A DNA stretch of 61,228 nucleotides, filler included, from Platydemus manokwari (taxonomy: Eukaryota), in NCBI GenBank assembly GCA_037951405.1. It is 5 parts of 5 records of this genome, joined end to end, with 100 filler letters (N's around TTAATTAATTAA, not from the genome) between each part and the next. Parts side by side here need not be neighbours in the genome. Positions count along the whole stretch, not along the records: positions 46,921 to 61,228 come from JBBMOY011485861.1; 4 more parts are not named here. One strand, 5' to 3'. A program made the translations under genes and the position numbers. The notes beneath the pieces were generated by a model. It worked only from the letters and a program-made list of their open reading frames with translations, did not search any database and was not told where the DNA came from. Shown one piece after another: positions 52,246 to 61,228 of the stretch (its first letter is position 1; every line of letters starts with the position of its first letter).

Positions 52246-54324
52246 TTTGTACTGACTCGGTCTATGACCACATTATTGTTTTGTGTATTCTCTAAACTGG
52301 CCAACTGGTATTTTGTGCATTTTTGCAGTAATTTTATATTTAACCACTTGATAAATTTATGTATTTTTTAATATTTTATTTAGGTATTTAACCAAATGAT
52401 AATTTGTCTTTCTTTATGATATGTTCCACTTAGGATCTTTTCTCATTTAAATTGTTTTATTTTATTAACTATCACATTCTTTGCCGGAGTTAACTTCCTC
52501 CTCTCTTTACAGTAAAATAATAAATAAAATTAACAAATGATTCCAAATAACATTATAAACAAAATCACACTATCGATCAAAATATCAATGTTAATTAAAT
52601 TAATATCATCAATGTGCCGATTCAACTATTATCGTCAGTGGATTTATATCCCAATTAAACGTTCACTTGTAGTCGTCTGACTACTGATTTTGTTTGTTCT
52701 TATTATCTCTCTGTAATCTGGAAAATATTGTGCTGAATGCCATGCTAAAGTAATTATTACAATTACATCTGTATTGCATCGATTGGTGTTTTGTATTGAG
52801 TTTAATATTTATAATGTGTTATAGATAATTCAATATTTACGATGTGTTAGATCCCAATATTGCCTTTGGGAATATTTAACTTTCGGGTGCTGATCCTGAT
52901 TTATTTTGATTATTAATTGATTATTGAGCGTAATTTTGGGAACGTCATAATTGACAATTTGGTTTATGTAAACTGTTGTGAGCTTCAATTTTAAATTTGG
53001 TATTTAGCATCGGTTAATATTAGTAACACAAATTTTTTAAGTAGTTGAAATTTTGGATATTGATATTGAATTCAACTCTTATGCAAACTTCCGATCGTGT
53101 AATCTGTCTTATCAAAATGATTTGTCTATATGATTCTGCGCCATATATTTATTGAAATATATAATTTCATACAAAATATATATTTAAATAAATATATATC
53201 TTATAATTTATTTTTCTCATGGTATGAATAGAGCAAATAAGCTATCCCATTATGTTCAAAAATTCTTTACTAGTATTGATTTTTATCATAAATTTTTTAT
53301 TGATATCATTCCATGTTCAAAAATGAGTCTAGATTATTTCTTACAACTATATATTTATATTTATTTTCGAAATTTTCATCGGTTTTTCTTTAACATTATT
53401 ATAGAGCATTAATTTGTGTTACCATGGTGATAAAATATCTTAAATTTTGTTTTTATTATGTCTAAGAATAAAGGCAAGTATTTCATGAATATCGATCATG
53501 TGCTCTAAACGTACTTCGCAATCATATTGAATAAATCCTTTCAAATCTTTTTTTTTATCATAAGCATTTATGAATGATTCTGTTCTTTACACCATCCCAC
53601 ATCACTATATGGTCATTATAAATGCACAGAGCGTGGATGTAATGAATTTTTGTCTAAATATTTTAGATTGGATTTCTTTAAATATTTGTTACTCGTTTGC
53701 TCAAATTCGATATAAAAAATTATGATTTTAAAATTATCATTACTCTACTATTTCTAAGCAGCAGCAAAAACTCCTCTAAAGAATTATAACTTATATGATG
53801 CCCTTTTCATAATTTCTTAAATTAAATCATTAAAATTTGAATTCTGGATTCCAGAATAACATTATTATGATCAACTTAGAAATATTTTTAATATCTGCTT
53901 CTCACATTTTTAAAATAATGAGTTAATATCATACATAATATTATAGTTATATAATATTATAATATCAAAAGTAGTGTTATATATTAAATAATAGATAAAA
54001 ATATGATATATATTTTAAAATATTTATTTCAAAATACGAAATGATAAATCAAAATCAAATTGCAGATTTTCAAATGCCAATTTTTGTATTAACATTTTCT
54101 CTAATAATTTCGAAATAATAATTTAATAGGAAATGAGAAATAAATTACAAGAGTGGGAAGATAATTACAAAAATTCACAACCTCACTTGGTTATAAATTA
54201 CTGAGATTTTCTAATTTTCTGAGAAACCAGGGGGTAATTATTTTTAAACATCCGTTAATTTGCAGTTGTGAAGTTCCGTATATATATTGCAAATTTTATC
54301 TCCTCATTTTATGCTAGTTTTGAA

Positions 54325-57300
54325 ATGCCCAGAGAAATATTCATCGTAGTTTCCATATTAATAGGTGAGATTTTTAATATATATATATATATTATCATAA
54401 ACAACATCATAGAGAAGATTTTTATCTATTTGATCTTATTTTCTAATGAAATATTTTGTCTTGCTTAGGTTTCATAGTTTGTAATCGATTTGAAAAGAGA
54501 GTAATTAATGGGAAAGATGCACCGGAAGGGAAGTATATGTGGTCTGCTTCCTTGAAGGGAGATATTCATGAAATTGAGGAGGTATCTTCTTGTGGAGCAA
54601 CGTTTATACATAAATTATGGCTTGTTACTGCTGCTCATTGTTTTTATGTCACCGGTGGAAAAAAAGATTTCAAGTGAGATAAAGTGGAAATATAAGTATA
54701 AAGCAACAAACTAAAATCTGAAATATTTAAAAAATAAAACTGTTCGTAGATAATGTAAGGGTTTATATGATTATGATTACGATCTAATTATTCGAGAGGT
54801 AATCATTTATGAATCCTTTCAGAAATACTAAACTTCCTTACTAGAATTTAAAAGTCAAATATTGATAGTATAATGGTTAACTATAATTAATTGCATGAAA
54901 GTCACCGTTTCGTTCAAAATCGAAATATCACCAATACTTAACTATCTTCTTTATTTTTATGTAATATTAAATGGAGTAATCTCCCACACCTTCAAGATAA
55001 TATTCATAAGAATATTCAGAAAATTGGTCTATTTTGAAGATTAAAGTACTAAACAAATAATTCAAATAATTCAGTTTGTGTTATTATTTTTGAGTCAGAC
55101 AACCTTTTGATTGCAAAATCGATGGTTTACTTGGAAGTCATACGAATCTAGTTATATTTATACTAAACTATAACTCATCATAACTCAAGAGAAAATTAGG
55201 AAGAATCATTAAATTGGTTTGCTAATTTCCTAAAAATTAAATAGATAGTCTATTCAATTTTTCTAAATATTATTAAAAACGACTTGGAAAAATATTTCTA
55301 CCGACTTAAGGTTGTTGTAAATTACCAATTTCCTTGCATTTAATACACATTTAATCATAATCATGCCAAAACCATGTATTCAAATAAATACATTATATAA
55401 CTATATTATATACTATAACTATATAACAATAATCATAATCACAGTAATATTAATGAGAAGATGTTATCAGAATAAAATTTCTCTAATTAGCTTATTGTTT
55501 AAATAATATTAAATTATATTTTGATATAAAACAATTTTAAGATCAAAAAAGCATGTACGTTTTCAGTAGATTTCTTAGTATTTATAAATGCCAAGATGGC
55601 TTGATTATTGAAAATATCCTCAAAACACTGTTGCTTATTGAATACACTGTTATGAAAGTACATGGAATACCAAAACATGAGACTAAACAAGAATTTATAT
55701 ATCTTTTGTAAAGTTTATGCTCATTTTCTAATCCAGTCTTACTGATCCTCGACTGTGGCATGTTCGAACTGGAGCCAGAGAAATAGAAGTTGTTTGTCTG
55801 ATATTTACTGATAATTGAATAATTTTTTGTAGACATCTTATAACAAGGATCAACACATTTTCGACAGTATTGCTTTCCAAGTATAATTTAAATTGGAAAA
55901 AAGGTTTATTTTTTCAGATTACGATCGGGATACAATGATGGTGAAACGACTTACCGATACCCATGTTCATCGACATGTGAACAAAATTTTCATTCATCCC
56001 AATTATGACAAAAGTAAATTCCAGAAAAAAGATATATTAGATAATTTTTGGAATAGTATTTTAATAATCTATTTTCAATTAGTTTTTAAATTGTTTTGTA
56101 AAATATATCTATTGTTTTAAATTATTTTTTTGGTTATTGTTTTTATTAATTTTTTAATTTGATAATCTTTATTCAAATATTGTCGTTAATAAAAATGATT
56201 TTTCTGTTATCGAGAATTCTGAGAAGCTTTTAGATGCAAGCATAGATTACCGAAATATTGATTACTCAGGAATGAATGATCTTTAGTTTATTATCTTGAT
56301 TATTTATAATAATATATTATGATTATGGTGCAATTTATGGTTAATATTAATAATCATAATCATTTTCTTCAGGTGAAATCGAATGGGATATTGCGCTCAT
56401 AAAACTCGACAATCCAATTGACGAACAATATCTCGATGATTCAATTGAAATAATTGATCTACCCAAGAAGTTCGATTCGAGATTTTGGCCAAAAATCGGA
56501 CAAACGTGTATTGTAATTGGGTGGGGTTGCAAATATAAAGGAGGTGAAGTTTCTGAAAAGGCTCAACTAGCCAAATTGAAAGTCATAACGAATACAAATT
56601 GTGAGATTATTTATACACTGGGTGTCGATCTGAATGACAATCATGAATTCTGTGCTGGTCATTTCTTAAGTGGACATGGTCTATGCTCGGTAATCAATGA
56701 TATCGAATAATTACATAACAAATTTTTAAAATAAGTGATGACGTCATAAAATAAAATAGATAAATATGAGTTATCACGCAGGAATATGGGTGGAAATCTT
56801 TTAAAAAATTCGTTATCGAATCATTGTCAGCTATGAGCAATGAAGGAAATAAGCATGGCTGCAGTAATTATTTTTAAATTTCGATTTAGAATCTCAATAT
56901 TTCTCTTCATTTGGTTAAAATGCTGAATATTTTGTAGGACGAAATCATTAAGAGACCATTTTTAGTCTCCACTTTATCATAGTTGACTCTAACCAATCAA
57001 TATTGGATGGCATGTTTAATTATCTAGATAATGATTGGCGTTCATTTAGTTACTTATTGAATGCAATCGGCATGGCTTACAGTGCACTTGATTGTTATTG
57101 GTTGATTTTTATTTTGTACTGATTTGTTATTATTGTCCTTGTTTGTGATGGTTAAAGTTACGAAAAGGAGTTCTAAAATAAAATTTTAATTTTTTTGAGT
57201 GTATTGCAAAAATCTATACAGTTTATTTAATTATATTCTTTAAAAATATTTTATTTCATTACTTAAGAAGAATTTTAGTTGTTTGAAATCAAATATGAAA

Positions 57301-58529
57301 TACACTAGAGCTTCAAAGTCTCATAAAATTTGATTATTTGAAAAATGGGTCAAAGTAGGTCGAATTGCAATTTATTGACAATTAGCGAGGACCTCTTTTT
57401 AACATTAGAAGCAAGTTGAGAGATATTCTCAATTTTATAAAAATAACCAACTTTATCATTAAAAATATCTGTAATTAACTAACTCGATTTATAATTAAAA
57501 AATTTAAATTTAAAAACTCAAATAATCATATAGTGTTATGATTAGAATGGGAACTTGGTTTTAAAGGTATGTTTTGTCACTATTAGACATCCTGAAAAGT
57601 GAGATATTAACTGAATTATACGAATAAATCAAATGTCGTAATTATATATAAAGTTATAAAATTAATTGATGCGCGAAAATTAATTATAACGAAAATAGGT
57701 CAAAACATCCGTTTTCTTAACTTAAACCTTGATAATTCTTTATTACCATGACAACTAACTGGTTTATATACATATTTAATCCTGATTGATAACTATCAGG
57801 TTTAGTGATGAACAAAATATTATCACAAATCATAATTTTTGACAGAATGGTTGATAGCTGATATATTCTAATTAGCATGATCGATTCTGTAAGTGCCACA
57901 ATGAGTGGCATCAAATTAGCCTATATTTCACGAATCGTGTAATTTCTGTTCGAAATTTTTTAAATTATGAACAATTTATTTAATATTTTGATTGATTTTT
58001 ACAGTAATGCTTTATATTGGAGAATTTATTGATTTTTAAAAATGAGAAAATATTTATAATTTTTTATCGAAAATTTGTTCTTCTAAATCGATTTTGATTA
58101 GACTGTTGTTGGGTAAGAGTCTGTGATGAGTGAAATATTTTTTGAAAATATTGATTGGATTCAACTTCTTAAAATTCCTTTATTATCAGAAACAAATCAT
58201 AAATAAAATTGTGGTCATCTAAAACATTTAATTTTTTTCAATTTAAAAAATGCACCCAACTTTTGAGGTTTATATTTGGTATGAATTTTGCAAGTACTTG
58301 TGTGTACCAGATATGTAATGCTATAATATATTGGTTCCGTGTTATTTTAGTGATTCTATTTATTTAGGGTGATAGCGGAAGTGGTCTAGCTTGTATTAAG
58401 AATGGAAAATGGGTACTGGCTGGTATTGCTTCAGCTGCGCACAAAGAAAATCCTGGAAATTACCCAGCAATATTTACTCGTGCATCCTATTTCGTACCAT
58501 GGATTAATAAGATTATGTCACACAATTAA
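54325..58529 (+). CDS. Secreted S1A (chymotrypsin-fold) serine protease, 7 exons, ~302 aa
   Basis: Exons 54325-54364, 54469-54673, 55737-55791, 55833-55866, 55918-56013, 56373-56689, 58368-58529 give an open 909-nt CDS with GT-AG introns. Signal peptide, KR|VINGKDAP activation site, triad in TAAHC / WDIALIKL / GDSGSG. The exon 3/4 boundaries are less certain. Confidence 0.93.
57151..57635 (+). repeat. Unclassified interspersed repeat, family R copy 3 (in the last protease intron)
   Basis: Collinear match to 41778-42290. Confidence 0.82.
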
Positions 58530-59139
58530 AATTGCCAGAATTAAATTGAGATACATTGAAAACAATTTCATGTTTGGTGTATTCATTCATTATAATATGG
58601 CTTATTGTTTTTTGTTGAGAAAATGAGTTGAAAATAAGGAAAGTTTTGTGATTAAAGTGAAGAGAAAAATCATAAACTATATAAAATTATCAATATAATT
58701 GCTAAATTATATTTCACTTCTGCTTGACGGTGATTTTATGAATATTTTTTACTTCATTCAGTAAAACAAAAAATAATTCTAGTTTTTATTTCAAACTGCT
58801 TGTTGTCTTTTGTCAATATCATAATTAAAGAAAATTCCTTACAGTTTTTAATGAAAATTCTCGATTATTATAAAAAGTTAAATGATTACTTTGGTTTTCG
58901 GTATTAAAAATGACAGTGGGGGTTCGATAAGTGATTACTCAACACTGATTTTTAAATTATAATAACTACAGGAAGCTATAGCTAATTTGCTGATATTAAA
59001 CTCATCAAATTAATTGATTAGCTTAATATTGATCTCTACGCAGTACCTTTTCGTATTCCATGACAACTGCTAAATAGCTAGGTGCGACTAAAACTATCAT
59101 ATTTAACGTGGGTGCTCTGTTTCACTAATTTTAATGAGA

Positions 59140-60056
59140 TGTTGAGTGTATCGTTTGTTGCAAGTTAATGTTTCAAAGTTAATAGAAATATTTTTCACGG
59201 GAATCAAACATCGATTGTTAATTAATATCGATATTTAGCGGAAATGATTATTACAAAATCCTTACCAATAAAAAGCCACCAGCATTCATTGTCTTTTGTT
59301 TAATATTTACTGCTGATTCAGTCCGATACTAAAAGGACTTCAGTAAATAGAATGAAAACTTCTACGTGCATATTTATTTAATTAATTGACAATCTTGTGC
59401 AAATCCGATGAGAACTAATTTGACAATTGATTTGAAGAAATTACAGTGCAAGAACTAATTGATTTCATCGAATCACAAGTGAAAATCGATCTAAAATTAG
59501 AAATGTGTTAATGCTATGGTATCCATTGTACAAAAAGTCTATTGGTATAGCTAATTGAAGCTGAAAATAATAATTTTTAAACAAGTAACAACTTGTAGTT
59601 CAAATTAAATGTGGGTCATTTATTATAAAAAGTTTATTTTAAATTTATTACCTATATCTATCTATTCTCGTTGCAATTCACACGTTATTTATTAACATCA
59701 GATTACCATGCAAGTTGTAAGAGAAATTCCTAACATATCGATTGGTGGACAAACTTATAGAATTTAAGCGAAGCTCTAGGACTTTAATCGACCACACACG
59801 AAAGCTTATAAAATGAGTTGGATTTTACGAGCAACTGCCAGTCTTTTTAGTCGGTAACTTGACTAACGTGATTTTTTGACAACTAGTGTTTGTCAACAAC
59901 TAGTCTACTGTGTTGCATTAAACTTTCGGTTGCTGATCTCACCTTGTGTGATTATCTATTGTTGGTTGTTTGTGATTTTTAATCGTGTTCGTGACGAGCT
60001 GAGCTTGTAATTCATTTTATAATTTTCAGCATTCAGTATCAGTTAATAATCTAACA
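59140..60056 (+). mobile_element. Solo LTR-like element (~920 bp)
   Basis: TGTTGAGTGTA...CTAACA termini; TATAAAA at ~59807; terminus shared with 22606-23202. No TSD found. Confidence 0.45.
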
Positions 60057-61228
60057 ATAAATTAGATATTGATAGATTGGATTGATTGTATATTAGATAA
60101 AAATATTTAATACATTAATTAGATATCGTCAATGAATGAATGATTATTTGAGTTGTGTTTAATGGAAATTAGTATTGACGTTCGGCTTCAAAGAGACAGT
60201 TCTCAATTGTTTGGATTTCCAACCTGATAATTGATTTTCAGTTTTTATTTATTCTTACTCGTAATCTTTTGAAACAGAACCAACCTTAACTCAAAATTTC
60301 GATGCCTTTTTGACAGAACAATCTATGACTGTCAAAGATAGAAGAAATTTTGAAACTTGAACAGGCTTGCCAAATAATCGTAAATTTGAAAGTAGACACT
60401 CTTCACATTAGTCGCTTACATCATCGGTGTGCTCGAGCCACTCCGACGAGACAAAAACTTTATTTATCTAATGATATATCGAATGCCCTCAAGTACCAAC
60501 CACACCAGTGATGGATATGGAGTATGACAGTATTTTCAATATCATCGGATCATCTAAAAGATGATACGATGACAATGTATGATATTTTAAAACAATAAAG
60601 TGAAACTTATTTTTCCTTCACTCGAGAATGCAATATGTTTTGTTATAACCAGTTGACCTGTTATTTCAACTCTAAATAGATAAAAGTGATTTTGTTGGGG
60701 TTTTGACATTATCAATTAACTGAACTGTTCTGACATGAAAGTGTATATTGATGTATGAAAGTATCAATTTTTTTAAATATTAATCGAACTGTGTCGATTA
60801 ATGTTTTTATTTTTATCTTTTATAATGTTACATTAGCTGAATGTATCAACTATTGTATCAAAATTTTGACAAGTGTAAAAATGTAACATTTTTAGCTTTA
60901 TCGATTATACGATAAGCTATGTGGATAATTGTAACAATTTATTTTGTATTAAATTTTTCCTACTTTTCTAGATTAAATTATTAATTAGTAGTAAATTATG
61001 ATTATAAAAAAGATATAATTATAATTAAAATAAGAATACGTTAATACCTTCAGAAAGGGAGTATATATATAATATAATATTACATTTGTTGAGTGACGAC
61101 AAAATCCTGAAAAAGAAAAACGATTTCGTACCTTGAAACCCTTGTTTTAGTAATTTAAACATTGGCACACCTACATAATCATACAAGCTTGACAACCAAC
61201 GAATCACAGATGACTTAAACAGAAAAAT

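Noticed and set aside
55099-55150. Alternative protease exon 3 (QPFDCKIDGLLGSHTNL)
   Set aside because: Weak acceptor; 55737-55791 (DPRLWHVRTG) fits the S1A consensus far better.
60279-60576. Exon-like block bounded by acAG...GTATGA
   Set aside because: The apparent frame has several stops and no recognisable homology.
1-61228. CRISPR arrays, operons, rRNA, intact tRNAs, telomeric repeats or an alternative genetic code
   Set aside because: None seen; the intact spliced genes translate cleanly with the standard code.

Overview
Very AT-rich eukaryotic (animal) DNA, most likely a planarian flatworm. This is an inference from composition, 41-52 nt introns, a flatworm-type orphan rhodopsin GPCR and the TE content. 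The window is not contiguous: four identical 100-nt spacers (44 N + TTAATTAATTAA + 44 N) join five contigs (1-13459, 13560-26172, 26273-36836, 36937-46820, 46921-61228). Host genes I can support: a complete 4-exon proteasome beta5 gene (PSMB5, minus), a complete 7-exon secreted S1A serine protease (plus), two exons of a HEATR5 gene, a rhodopsin-like GPCR pseudogene, an intronless zinc-finger ORF (241-753) and a 108-aa orphan ORF built of Trp-centred repeats. Most other recognisable sequence is decayed TEs: Buster-type hAT elements and MITEs, three Tc1/mariner relics, several solo-LTR-like elements (including a head-to-head related pair), L1/Tx1-like fragments, and a relic non-LTR element apparently carrying a Ulp1-like protease (NeSL-like). 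There is also a 3' half tRNA-Arg ending in CCA. I cannot demonstrate a new biological system. The best leads are the orphan W-repeat protein, the virus/Polinton-like zinc-finger ORF, the Ulp1-bearing retroelement with the tRNA half, and the micro-exon insertion in the protease. All homology calls come from manual translation and motif recall, not database searches.
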